From assembly GCF_009914755.1 (NCBI RefSeq), contig NC_060929.1: a stretch of 64,000 nt of DNA; one strand, written 5' to 3'. This document shows positions 12,821 to 24,879 of the stretch, piece after piece. Under the pieces are notes generated by a model. That model made no database searches. It saw only the letters and a list, made by a program, of their open reading frames with translations, and was not told where the DNA came from. This DNA comes from the human T2T-CHM13v2.0 reference genome, Homo sapiens. Position 1 is the stretch's first letter. Each line of letters begins with the position of its first letter. A program made the translations under genes and the position numbers.

Positions 12821-12994
12821 AAATGCAATTATTTTACGCATTTGGAGGATTAACCCTGCCCTTAAAATCCATTGACCCATAGCATTAGAAAGACTTTTTG
12901 TGAAATTTAGTAATGGCTTAATTTGTGTCTAGATTAGCCAGTGATGGTTGCAATGGAGAGGAAGTATGAAAAAGAAAATCAACAAATTCTATTA

Positions 12995-13205
12995 AGCTAT
13001 TGAAATGTGTCAGAAATTTTGCTAACCCCTCCATGAATTAGCTCATTTAATTCCACGTTAATCCTATACAGTCTTATTATGACTCAAGTTTTTAGATGAG
13101 CAAACTGTATGCCAGAGAGGTGAAGTAACTTTGCCCACGTTAGCATACAGTAGAGCACAGGGAACCCAGGCAGTCTAACGAGAGTTTAACCACTCCAGCA
13201 TACAG
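12995..13205 (-). mobile_element. MIR
   Basis: ctcatttaattcc...ttttagatgagcaaactg...gagaggtgaagtaactttgccc...gaacccaggcagtct. Confidence 0.75.
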
Positions 13206-13478
13206 CTCTTGAAGGAAACTACAGTAGCTTCAGGGAAAAAAAAATTATTTTTGCCTAAGATAGTTAAATCACAGCAACAGGGGCTGTGGAACCAATTGTC
13301 TGAAAGAGTCTATACCACAGGCTTATTTAGGTAACCAGTATTCAAATCAGAAAGGGCTAAAGACAGAGTGACTTCTGGCATTATGATGCAAGAAAAACAT
13401 AGCTACATGTGAGTAAATTGTTAGGCAAAAAAAAGTAGGATGGGAACTTATCCTTGAATCTCTGAGACAGACAAAGGG

Positions 13479-13570
13479 GTGTGTGTGTGTGTGTATGTAC
13501 ATATATGTATATGTATATATAGGTATGTAATTATAAATATATATATGTATCAATATATACATAAATACAT
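13479..13570. repeat. Compound (TG)n/(TA)n low-complexity repeat
   Basis: gtgtgtgtgt...tatatatat directly visible. Confidence 0.85.
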
Positions 13571-13914
13571 TTATGTATTCAGGTTATTTGTTTCCTAACA
13601 TTCATTTTTGTGCTAACATTCATTTTGAGAATTTTACATTGGGGTGTATGTGTGTGTAAAAGTATGTGTTGAGTGAGCAAGAAACTTTTGTGTATCATGG
13701 GATATGTATCTACGCCATCTGTAGAATGGCACAGAATAGTACTGAAAACCACCAATACCCTAAGAGTGGTGTGAGGAGGGATGAGTCAGACTGGGAGCAG
13801 CATTTCCTAACTGCCCACTCACAGGCACATTGCCAGAAGGCTTTATTTATTCTCTAGGTTCTAGTCTTCAGATTCATAAGAACAGATAATATTAATTTTT
13901 ATAAGAATTAGAGT

Positions 13915-14032
13915 GATTAACTACAAGACTGTACTCTCCAGGGACTCTGTTTTATTTACCCTTGTTTACCAGCATCTAATATTCTGCCTGGCATAAAGTC
14001 AAGACCTAATAAATGTTTGTTGAGGGAATGAG
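13915..14032 (+). mobile_element. L2 3' end
   Basis: agactgtactctcc...tgcctggcata...aataaatgtttgttgagggaatga. Confidence 0.65.
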
Positions 14033-14214
14033 TAATAAAGTTATATAATGTTTTGTATTTATTAGATCAGTTCCTGTTGGCGAATCATTGCCCTCCTGGG
14101 TCACGGAGAAGCTGGCACTCAGATTGTGTTATGGGATACTTTTAGAACCAAGGTTCTTTGACCCATTAGCAAACCCACTTCCTGGTATAGTTTTTAGGGG
14201 TTTATAGAGACATA

Positions 14215-14420
14215 AATTCAGTAAACAAGAAGTTATTGAGCTCTATTATTTGAACACTATCAGAGGGAACTGGGGATGGCTCATTGAACAAGCAGGCCAA
14301 ATCCTTGTTCTCATAGAGCTTACATTCTTATAAGTTAAGCAACAAAATAAGTAAATGCGTAACATGAATGGGTGATAAAAGCTATGAAAAATCAGGGAAA
14401 GGAGAACGAGTTTGATGGAG
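14215..14420 (-). mobile_element. L2 fragment
   Basis: ttattgagc...ccttgttctcatagagcttacattct. Confidence 0.6.
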
Positions 14421-14697
14421 GAATACTATATAGTGTCCCCTGGGGATTGAATTCTCCAGGGCCTAGAATCAATTTAATGAGAATTTTAAGTGACATTATT
14501 AAATTACTTTAAACACTTCCTTTATTAAATTACATTGATAATTTTTCAAAGATTTCAACTGCACCCAAATTATAAAGTTCTTGGGAAACTATTTTCTACT
14601 TTATGTTTAGAATTCTGTTCAATGAGTGGCTGGTGCGATAAAAGGATGGCAACAATGATCAAGAAAATAAACTTCTAGAGGAAACAAGGAACGAATT

Positions 14698-14915
14698 ATA
14701 ATAGCCAACATATTTTGGATACTTTCCCTATGCTGGTCAAAACTTTATGTTCATTATCCCAGTTTATCATCAAATGATTTCTGTGCAATAGGATTATTAT
14801 TATCTTCTTTTTATGGCAAACAAGGCACAGTAAGATTCTGTAAGTTGCTCAACGTCACTTAGCTAGTAGGTAGAAAAATCCAGGATTGAACCCAGGTGGT
14901 CTGATCTAGGGCCAA
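14698..14915 (-). mobile_element. MIR
   Basis: ataatagccaacat...ggattattattatc...agctagtagg...ggattgaacccaggtggtctga. Confidence 0.7.
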
Positions 14916-15129
14916 ATTATCCCCTTGTAGGATTAAGTAAACTGCCTCCAGAATCCAAGTTTTCTAACTGCTAAGATACACTGCTTCTTTAAAAAGTATA
15001 ATGAAGTAGGAGGGCTTAAGTATTTGAGATTATTGATTTTTTTTAAACACAACTGCAACCCCCACCATGAAAAGATACAGTATTCCACAAAGACCTTTCT
15101 ATTCCTTGAATACTACATTGAATTTATTC

Positions 15130-15495
15130 CAGCCTTTGTCCAGTCCTCTGTGCTTGCAGGTCCCTCTGCCTGGAATGCTCCCCACTGGGCTCTTCGCATT
15201 GCTGACCCTTTCCCATCAGTCAAGCCTCAGCTCAAATGCACCTCTTCAGAGATGCCTTCCCTGTCTGCCCAATTCCTGGTAGCCCATCACCCCTCAGTCA
15301 CTGTAATGATTTACCCTGTTTTTATGTTCCCAGCCCTTATCACTATGTTAAAAGTTACTGATGTTCCCCATGGCTATTTTCCCCTACTAATATGCAAGTG
15401 CCATGAGGTGGGTGGCAGTATTCATTGTAATTGGTCCAGAGCCTGATCTCTGCCTGTACATCACAGAGGCTTCAAAAACACTGAAGAAATGAATG
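15130..15495 (+). mobile_element. L2 3' region
   Basis: ccctctgcctggaatgctc, ctcagctcaaatgcacctcttcagagatgccttccctg. Confidence 0.75.
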
Positions 15496-15854
15496 CTGTC
15501 CCTTGGGTCTGAAGACCCAGATAGATCCCGGGGGGCTCTACTTCTGTGCAGGATCATGCATCTGCCCACATTCTGTGCAGAATTAGAGTACAAGATGGGA
15601 AAAGAGAGATCTGCAACTGGGGCCTGAGAAATACTTACCAGTAAGCACCCAAATTAGCCACAACTGCTCAGAAACCTACCACGGAGACCATCTATGAAGG
15701 CTACTTGCAGGAGGACCAATTTGAAGGCAACTTCTGCAGTTAAGTATATGCAAGTTCATCATTTCAATTTTATCTGAATCTGCTTGTTCATGTCTTATTT
15801 TTAGTTCCCACCTTAATTTGGATCTAATGCTTGCCATGATTAATCAACCATTTC

Positions 15855-15965
15855 CTCCCACCAGAATGTAAGATGAGAGCAGAGATCCATCTGTCCTTTA
15901 CAGTGCTGTGTACTCAGTGTCTAGAAGCATGCTGAACACATAGTAGGTGCTCAAGTAATACTTAA
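15855..15965 (+). mobile_element. L2 3' end
   Basis: ccagaatgtaag...acacatagtaggtgctcaag. Confidence 0.65.
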
Positions 15966-17905
15966 TAAAGGGACCAACAAATGGCCCAACACTAAATTTC
16001 CTCTGTAGACAAAGGCAAGTGGAAGAGCAGAATGAAACATTTATTGAGTCCCTTCTAAGCCCCAGGCACTGTTTTAGATGTTTTACGTATCTTATTTCAT
16101 TTGTTGACCCTGTTAAGTGGCAAGCTTTGAGAGCCTCACTTATAAAAAGCTAAAATTCATGGAGTGAAGATGCCTTTCTTCTTCCATGCCATAAAATCAG
16201 GTCTTGCTGGGCAAGTGGGTTTTTAAATGAACATTGGGTATCACTGGAAGCCTCAAACTCTAATCAGTTTGGTGAGGTCTATGCTATGACCTGATAATGT
16301 TGTTTCAAATAAATAATTATTCAAATAAATAATTTTGTATGATACCCTAGCATATCTGAGGATCAACAGAGAATTGTAATGAGAGCTTTGGCCACTGCCT
16401 CACCTATAGGATCACTTCCATTTATCATCTCAGCTCTAATTTATCTGAATCAAAGTTTAAAACAATTTCCAAACAGAAGACTAGAAATACTGCAAATAAA
16501 GTGAATTTGGAGGAGGCTGTTCCCAGCAGGTACAGAAAGCTTAGCCCAGGTCAGTTAGACAGGGACAAATGCAAGCTGGCATAGGGTCATGCTTGAGATT
16601 GGACTGGAGAAATTGTAGGAGAACCAGTTCATAATAAATGACTGTCCCAAATCCCCCGCCCTGAGCTCAAAATACTCAGGCTTGGCCCTTTACTTAGTGA
16701 TGCTTCAGGGGCTCAGTGTGAGCAAACATGTAACATATACCCTGGCCCTGAATGACCTTGTTAGGTACTCCGTGTGAGGAAGGTAGCACTTACGAGAACA
16801 TTCTTGAAGGTTTAATAACAGCGAAGTCTTTTCAGCTCATTCTGTGTGTAAATAGGGCCAATTTCAAGAAAAGATGAGTTTCCTTAAAAAAAAAAAAAAA
16901 ACTGTAAAATAATAGTGCCATTACACATACCTCCCTCAGCCATTTAAAAATACCTTGAGGCTGGTTCTCTCCTGAGGGCTTATCAAGACACAAGCCTGCC
17001 AAGTGAAAGGTAGTCGATTCTTTATAGTGTATCCTTGAGGTGTTTTCCCCTCTTCACAGAGTTACTACTCAGGTCAGCACATTGTTCTAAGGTATTCCCA
17101 GGAATGTCAGAAACAGTCAAACCACTTTGCATGTAAGTACAGAGGCCAAAACACCACTCTGGAGTCCACAGGCTGGTTCAGTCCTGGTAGTTTACACTAA
17201 TTCTCTGTGTGGTTTTGGGAAGCTCACCCAAGGGTTTTGGGTTAACCGCTCTGCAAGATGGTGGGCAGGATCTAAAAAGGGCTTCCATGTCACTTCCAAC
17301 TCTGGCTGTCTGACTCGATGAGGACTGCCAAGGGCCAGTGGGTGCCCTCCTCTCCTCACAGGCTGTAGCAGCCATCTAGAAAATAGCTCTGTTCACAGGC
17401 AAGGGAGAAAATTGACATTGTTCCTTTGCTTCTGAGTTCACCTGTAAGACCCTTCCTTCAGCATTCTGCAGCTATGCTCTCTCCAACTGAGACTTAGAGA
17501 ATTGGGCATTATAAACAGCAAATCTAATCCCCTTTTCTCCACCATCATTGTTCCCTGGTGCTAAGTCCAGAGTTTCCATACCCTGAACTAGACATGGAAG
17601 GAGGGAGGAGACTACGCAAAGTTCAGTGGTGCCATTTTTTTTTTAACTTTGTCATCCTAGGACAAAGTTTCTTGAAGTATTACACTTAGAGTTTTTTCCT
17701 TAGAAGGCACTGGGGTACTTCCTGAAGACGGTGATTCTTGGGCTTAGCTCAGGATCTACTGATTCAGAGCTTTAGGGGGGCTGTAAGTCCCCAGATCTTC
17801 ATTTTCTTTATTTTTATTATTTGCTTTTTATTCATTTGTTTAACCCTTTTCTACCATAGCTTCATGGTGTCTAACACCTCAGTGACAAAGCTTTGTTGAT
17901 GACAG

Positions 17906-18461
17906 TGTAATGCCCAACCTTGTTTTTACTAACGCTATTTTTAGACTCTCCCTTTCCTTTAATCACCTAGCCTTGCTTCCACCTGAATTGACCCTCCCTT
18001 AGCTAAGAGAGCCAGACAGACTCCATCTTGGCTCTTTCACTGGCAGCCCCTTCCTCAAGGATTTAACTTGTGCAAGCTGACTCCCAGCACATCCAAGAAT
18101 GCAATTAACTGATAAGATACTGTGGCGAGCTATATCCGCAGTTCCCAGGAATTCGTCCGATTGATAACGCCCAAATCCCCACGTCTATCACCTTGTAATA
18201 GTCTTAAAGCCCCTGCACCTGGAACTGTTTACTTTCCTGTAACCATTTATCCTTTTAACTTTTTGCCTACTTTACTTCTGTAAAATTGTTTTAACTAGAC
18301 CCCCCCCTCCCCTTTCTAAACCAAAGTATAAAAGAAAATCTAGCCCCTTCTTCAGGGCCGAGAGAACTTTGAGCATTAGCCGTCTCTTGGCTGCCGGCTA
18401 AACAAGCGGACTCAATTCGTTTCCAAGTGTGGCGTTTTCTATAACTCGCTCAGGTACAACA
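17906..18461 (+). mobile_element. Solo LTR6 (LTR6A/6B, HERV-S71, ERV1)
   Basis: 556 bp, TG...CA termini (tgtaatgcccaacc...caggtacaaca), perfect 4-bp TSD acag (17902-17905 and 18462-18465), retained CpGs, TATAAAAG at 18327. Confidence 0.88.
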
Positions 18462-18664
18462 ACAGGGTGGGGGATTGCTTTGAGATCTCCTAATTAAAAA
18501 TGCCATAGGACTACCCAGATTTTTGGTTACTGAGTACAAATCTTCATTTTAAGCCAAATACTGTAGATAATTCTTATTTATGGTAGCTAACATTTGGAAA
18601 CTACTGTCCTAGAAAAAGGTAGACAAAAACTTTTAGCCTTTTGCTGCTACTAACCATGATGATT

Positions 18665-19080
18665 ATTCATTCATCCAACAAAGATTTATCATTCACTACT
18701 ATATGCCAGGTAAAATAATGAGCAAAAACACAAAGTCCCTGTTCTCACGGAGCCAGCAGTCTAGCAAGAGAAAGAAATGATAAACAAATACATAATATGT
18801 CAAGTAGTAAGAAAATCTAGGCAGTGAGATGAAGGGTGAGTGATGGGAGGTGTGCTTTTCAGACAAAGTAGGCAGGAAGGTTTGTATGTAGGATGATTGT
18901 GCAAAGACAAAAGAAGTAAGGAAAAGAACCATGTGGCTGAGGGAAGAGCATTCCAGACGGAGGGAGCCACAAGTAGAAAGGCCCTGGAGAGGGGATGTAC
19001 GTGGTCTGTTTGAAGAACAGCAATGAGTCCAGTGTGGCTGGAGTGAGGTGAGTGAAGAGGAGTTAGAGGAGATCAGGGGC
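18665..19080 (-). mobile_element. L2
   Basis: attcattcatccaacaaagatttat, gggaagagcattccagacggaggga, ccagtgtggctggagtgag. Confidence 0.8.
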
Positions 19081-19305
19081 TAATACCTTGTAGCTTGTTT
19101 GCGTTATTTCTAGGCTGCAGAATACTATACAGTCTGGATTGTGGAACAATGATTTGCAGTGATAATATATTATACACCTGTTCTTAGTCTTTTGTCCTTA
19201 TTTATGCTGTAACTCCCTGTTCCTGGCTGAACTCCTGAAGACAACCTAAAATAGGTCTTTTGCTTGAGAATTGGGGCAAAGAATAAGAAAGCTTTGGGAG
19301 GGAGG

Positions 19306-19674
19306 TGCTATGGACTAAATTGTGTCCCCCTGCAAAGTCATAGTTTGAAGCCCCAACCCCCAATGTGGCTGCATTTAATAATAGGGCCATTAAGGAGGTA
19401 ATTATGGTTAAATGAGGTTATTAGGGGTGGGACCTTAATCTAGCAGGACTGGTGGTGTTTTTGCAAGAAGAGAAACGCAGAGAAAAGACCACGTGAGGAC
19501 TCAGTTGAGAAGACGGTCGTCAGCAAGCCAAGGAGAGAGACCCTAGGAGAAACCAGCCTGCTGGGACCTGGATCTGATACTTTCAGCCTCCAGAACTGTG
19601 AGAAAATAAACTACTGTTGTTTAAGCCACCCAGACTCGGGCATTTTGATATGGCAGCCTTAGCAAACTAATACA
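19306..19674 (+). mobile_element. MLT1A-family MaLR solo LTR
   Basis: tgctatggactaaattgtgtcccc...cagcctccagaactgtgagaaaataaa...actaataca; perfect 5-bp TSD ggagg. Confidence 0.93.
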
Positions 19675-19734
19675 GGAGGGTAGGACCAGGAGGTCTTTAT
19701 TTAATTATTCACCTATTTACTTCCTCAGACTTTG

Positions 19735-19920
19735 CTGCATGCTCAGTATGTGCAAGGCACTGTGCTGCTTCTTTGCATGCATTATTTTATTTAATCTCAC
19801 AGCAATACTGAAGTAAGCTTTATGACCATCACCTTACAGATAAAGAAACAGAGGCTTACTTAGGGGCAGTCAGTTGGCCAGGGGACATGTTGGAGCTTTT
19901 ATTCAAATGCAGGACTGTAA
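19735..19920 (-). mobile_element. MIR
   Basis: tttaatctcacagcaa...ttacagataaagaaacagaggc. Confidence 0.7.
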
Positions 19921-19959
19921 CAGTAAAGCCTGTGTTTTCCCTCCATCTCAGAAGCGGGA

Positions 19960-20180
19960 GAACAGAGGTGTGGAGCCAGCCTACCTGGGTCCAAATCCCA
20001 CCTCTCCTGCTTGCTAACTATGTGACTTTGGGCAACTTACTTATCTTTCTGGGCTTTGGTGTCTGCATCTGTAAAATGGGGACAATAAATGCTTTCCCTT
20101 AACTAGACTGTAATTAGCACTAAGTGAGCTAATACATTAAAACATTAGAATAGGGCTAGCCACCTAAATGCTTATTACCA
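19960..20180 (+). mobile_element. MIR
   Basis: ctgggtccaaatccc...tgtgactttgggcaacttactt...catctgtaaaatgggga. Confidence 0.8.
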
Positions 20181-21299
20181 CCCTGAAGTCACAGGGCCCT
20201 GCTTGAAGGAATTTGAAATCTTTAGGCTGTACAGAGTATGAAAACCCTCCTCATTCTCATGTTGAGTTTTCATGTGGAAAGGGCCTCAGGTTTCTTATTT
20301 AGTAGTTCTAAGAAATAGATTTCAGTGCAATTTAAAGACTTAGGCATACTTGGCATTGTCCAGAAGTAGAATGGCCAGGTTTGAGAGGGAGCAATCTCTC
20401 TGTTGCTATCTGGTCAGGAATGTTGTGAGGGGGTTCAGGGCACCTGTGAAGGGCTGGCATAGATGAATTCAGAAGTCTTCTCTTGCATAGAAATTTTATA
20501 ATTCTTTCTAATGGGATGGGAATAGGTGTGCTACAGGACTGGGGCAGCTCTGTTTTCCTTGCATAATATATTTTCTTTCTTTCTTTTTTGTTTAAAAAGT
20601 GAATTGTGTTGCCTTTAGACAGGGCTTGAACTCACAAATTCATAACAGCCAGTATCATGCTTTTTTTATTTTTTAAGCTTCTGCAGGATTTTACATTTGG
20701 GGTTCTGACTCACATGCTTAAGCATCCTGTCATCTGGGTTGTAGGACGATGAAAGGATTATTAATTAAGGTAGACATGGCATCCTAACCTTGGCTTGTAA
20801 GACTGACTGTTGGTCAACTCCCCTGAGAGGGCTGCCTTGCTGTTTCTATAGGAATATATGCAGCAGAGCATATGCACAATTCTAGATGGAGGCTTTGACA
20901 CAGCAGCTATATCTTGCTGAATAAACATGATATGAAAACATTCTTAGTGGTTCTGTCCTAAGTCTGCCTTTCCTTTTCTTCCAAACATCATGCTTTTGCA
21001 AGTGGTCTGCCTGGAAGAGCAAATTCACTCCTATGCCTGGAATGTTTACTGCTATTCCAAACAGAACAGAATGTGTTTCTGCCACTGCTTATTGAGAATA
21101 AAAAATTCTTTGTCTGGATGTCAAGACAATAAACAGGTGTCCATGTTTATAAAGCAGTTCTATTCAGATACAGTCACAGATAGACATTCAGGAATTTGAG
21201 GGCATGCCTAGAGCCATTTACAACTCTACATAATGTAACAGTAAGGACTGTTTCTAGTGACCACTTATCTCTGTTTTGTGTGTCCCACCCCTTAAAATA

Positions 21300-21643
21300 C
21301 ATTCATGTACTGCATAATGACATTTTGGTCAATAATCAACCACATATACGATGGTGATTCCATAAGATTTTCAAATTGTATTTTTACTGAATCTTTTCTA
21401 TGTTTAGATATGTTTAAGTCTGGAAATACTTACCATTGTGTTACAATTGCCCACAGAATTCAGGACTGTAACATGCTGTACAGGTTTGTAGCCTAGGAGC
21501 AAAAGGCTATACCATATAGCCTGGGTATGTAGTAGGCTCTATGATCTAGGTTTGTGTAAGCACAGACTGTGTTTCCCCAGTGATGAAAGTGCCTAACATG
21601 CATTTCTCAGAACATATTTCCATCATTAAGCGATGCATGACTG
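21300..21643. mobile_element. Tigger3a (MER7A) DNA transposon
   Basis: Terminal inverted repeats cattcatg...gcatgactg; ttttctatgtttagatatg; ggtttgtagcctaggagcaa. Confidence 0.9.
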
Positions 21644-21659
21644 AGTGCTAATCTGCTCT

Positions 21660-22288
21660 TAGCTCTTCTAATGTATTCTCCTCACAGCAGTCCCAAAAAT
21701 CTTTTCATGCCGCAAATATGATATATATATATTTTTAAATGTACACCCCTCGATAATTTACAGTTGCTCTCTGGGTTAAGATGAAACTTTGTAATTTATG
21801 TTACAGAGACGTACAGGGTCACATCACTTGATAGCTTCATCTCCACTGTACCCCATCTTGGTCTCTGTGCTCCAGCTACATTGGCTTTCCCTCAGAATCT
21901 TGCTTTCACCATGACCCTCTGGGGACTGGGCCTTGCAAATGTACTCTCCTTTGCCTAAAATATCCTCTTTCTCATGCTTCCTAGTTAAGTTTGACTCATC
22001 CTTCGGATCTCAGCTCAAGTAACACTTCTTTAGGGAAGCTCTCCTGATCTTCGTGTGCATAATAAAGCCTCGTTAGATCTTGTCCTAATGTCATATCCTC
22101 TCCACTGCTGCATTTGTCACAGTTTACATTAATTTCTTAGATTAATTTATTTACCTTCCATAAGAGCAGGAACCATATCCATTTTTACTACCTGTGAACC
22201 CATCACCCAGCTGATATCTGACACATAATAGAGATGTTCTTTATGTGTGTGTTTGTATTTTTTGAATAAATGAATAAATAAATGAATA
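21660..22288 (+). mobile_element. L2 3' region
   Basis: tgctccagctacattggc, tctcagctcaagt, terminal tgaataaatgaataa repeats. Confidence 0.75.
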
Positions 22289-23235
22289 ATTGCTCTTACA
22301 AGGCAGTTGACAGAATACTGAATTTGCTCCCAAAATTTCCCAAAAAGTGACATTCTCGTGTATCAACAATAAGATCCAGAGCAGGCTTTCATACATATCT
22401 TCGAAGTCATACATTTCTTTGCCTCCTGTTTGCTTTTTCTACTAACTGTGCTTTTGCAGACACTTGTGAAGATAAAGGCCTTGGCCCTCTCAGCCCATCT
22501 TTTCTCTCAGCTCAATCTGCCAGTGAGGAAACAATGACTCAGAAAACTAATGAGCCAGTCCCTCTAATGATGGCAATGATTTCACTGCTGGTGATTTTTC
22601 TATTAGTTTTATAAAATTGAGTGAAAATGAAGGAATTGCCTTGGGGCACAAGAACCAAAGACAAAAAATAGATCCAGAAACACAAATCAAAAGAGCACTG
22701 ATCAGTGTATGTTACAGGCAAACAGTAGTCAAGGTGATGTAGGTTGAAAGAGTCAAAGAATGAAAACAGGAGCCGGCATTTTCAACTAAATATTTCATAT
22801 CACTAATCCTCCCTCACTATTTTTACCTGTAAAATGTGGATAATACCATGCAGACTTAGGATAATCATCCTCCTGTGATAACACAGGGAGAATGCCTGGT
22901 GCTCAGTTGGTTTTTATTAAACTTGAGTCTGCGTCCTCCCTCTGCTAAGTTCCTTATGGATTATACTAGAAACTCCTGCAAATGGGTTACCACTCCCAGC
23001 TTCTGATTTAATATGGGAAGATTTAAGATGGGGACATACTTCCCAAAGCACATATCACTTAATCTGACACCAACACCACCAAGTTTCATTATATTGTCAT
23101 TTGACTCTGAGGCATAGCAGGATTAGCCAATTTCTCAAGGGACATCACATGTGAAGAGGACTGGAATCTAGATGACCCTGAACTGCAGGCCCAGGGTTCT
23201 TCCTATCACCATGTTGTATCAAAACACACAAGCAT

Positions 23236-23520
23236 AGAGAGGGATAGGGAGAGATTTGTTAAAGGACACAAAATTACAGCTGGATAGGAGGGATAAGTTC
23301 CAGTGTTCTATACCACTGTATGATGACTATAGTTAACAATAATGTCTTAGTTACAAATATCTGGGAGGAGAATATTAAACATTTCTAACACAAAGAGAGG
23401 ATAAGTGTTTGAGATGATGAATATACTAATTACCCTAATCTGGTCACTGTTCATGGTAGGTATCAAAACTTCACTACATACCCCATGAATATGTATAATT
23501 ATTTGTCAATTTTAAAAAAA
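23236..23520 (+). mobile_element. L1MA 3' terminal fragment
   Basis: gttaaaggacacaaaattacagct...gactatagttaacaataa...ctaattaccct...ccccatgaatatgtataatta. Confidence 0.85.
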
Positions 23521-23597
23521 TTTCTTAAACTCCACCCCCCAAAATGTACACAGGCCAAGAATTGATTTCTGAGGCCTCTACTAATATAAAGAGTATT

Positions 23598-23810
23598 AAT
23601 AATAGCTAATTTTTATTAAGCTCTTAATTTGCACTGGGTAATACACTATATACTTGGTATGAATGATCACATTTACTCACCAAAGCAATTGTCTGATATA
23701 TGCAAAATTTCCCCCCCTTTTTATAGATGATAAAATTAAAGGCCAGGAAATAAAATGACTTTCTGTGTATTAGGTAGATGTTTTAGCCAATACCTGAATA
23801 TAAACTCTTA
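23598..23810 (-). mobile_element. MIR
   Basis: aataatagctaattttt...ttttatagatgataaaatt. Confidence 0.5.
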
Positions 23811-24029
23811 AAGCAAATTCACAGCTACCTTGAAGCAAATAAGTGCTCAACATAGTTTCACTGAACACTTAGGTGGATGACAGTGACCTTGATTCTTCCC
23901 ATGGCAGCCACTTTTCTGCCAGATATCAGAAGCCTTCACCAAAAGTAACCTCTTTTCAGCTGCAGATCTACTGTCATTTTAGAGAGATTTTCTCCCAGAG
24001 CCCTTCCCTTGTAGTATATTTCTCTATCC

Positions 24030-24205
24030 TGGCCATTGTTGAGTTCTTACCTCTGACTGTACATAAGATTCACTTGGGGAAGCTAGAAACTGAGATTCCT
24101 GGGGCCCAGTTCCAGGGGATTTAATTCAATAGGGCTGTGGTAGAGATAGCCCTGTGTATTTGCCAAGGTGATTCTCACGCATAGCCAGGGTTAAAACCTA
24201 CTGTT
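24030..24205. mobile_element. MER5-like hAT DNA transposon relic
   Basis: gattcctggggccc...aggtgattctcacgcatagccagggttaaaacctactg. Confidence 0.6.
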
Positions 24206-24339
24206 AGAGTTGTGTGCGTATGCATTTTTCCCTCCTGCTAGACTGTATACCTTAAAGAACAGATGAGTGTTTTTTATCTTTTAATTACCCATGTGCTAAG
24301 AACAATGCCTGAAATGTTGTAGGCAGTCTTGTAGGGCAG

Positions 24340-24575
24340 CAAAGAGCCTGGACTCTGGAGTCAGGCAGTATGGGTGCATACCCTGATCTATCACATTTTG
24401 GCTGGGTGGTTTTCAATAGGTTACTCAGCCTTTCTGTGTCTTATCTGCTCACCTGTAAAAAATGAAAATGGGGAAAACGAATAGTACTTATCTCATAATA
24501 TTTTTGAGAGATAGTAACTGTGAAGTACTTAGCACAGGGCCTGGTAAGTAATGAGCCTACAATAAATGCTAGCTT
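24340..24575 (+). mobile_element. MIR
   Basis: aagagcctggactctggagtcaggc...ctgtaaaa...tagcacagggcctgg...aataaatgctagc. Confidence 0.8.
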
Positions 24576-24879
24576 TGTAGGTAAGCAAAACATTTAATGG
24601 ACTATCCTTAGTTATTGCTGTGGTGAATGCAGTGGGAAATATGAAAGAAGAATATGATGCCCCATTCATTGAATATTCACAGGCATTATGCTAGGTGTTT
24701 TACAACACTTTTTTTCACTCTCATAACAATACTTTGATATATTTTCATTAGAGAAGGAAATACACCAGTTGAGTAATGGAAGGTCATCCAGCAGGTAATT
24801 ACGAGTGCTGAGATTGGAACTCAGGTTTGTCTAGTTTTGAAACCCATTTCCCCTACTTTATTACTAAGACTTAATATAA

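Noticed and set aside
15024-15446. 140-aa ORF
   Set aside because: It starts at TTG and lies mostly in a decayed L2; no recognisable domain.
16304-16334. Short tandem duplications here and at about 10480-10514, 13595-13627, 48013-48032 and 60153-60178
   Set aside because: Ordinary slippage duplications of 11-20 bp with two copies each; no spacer-repeat or CRISPR-like structure.
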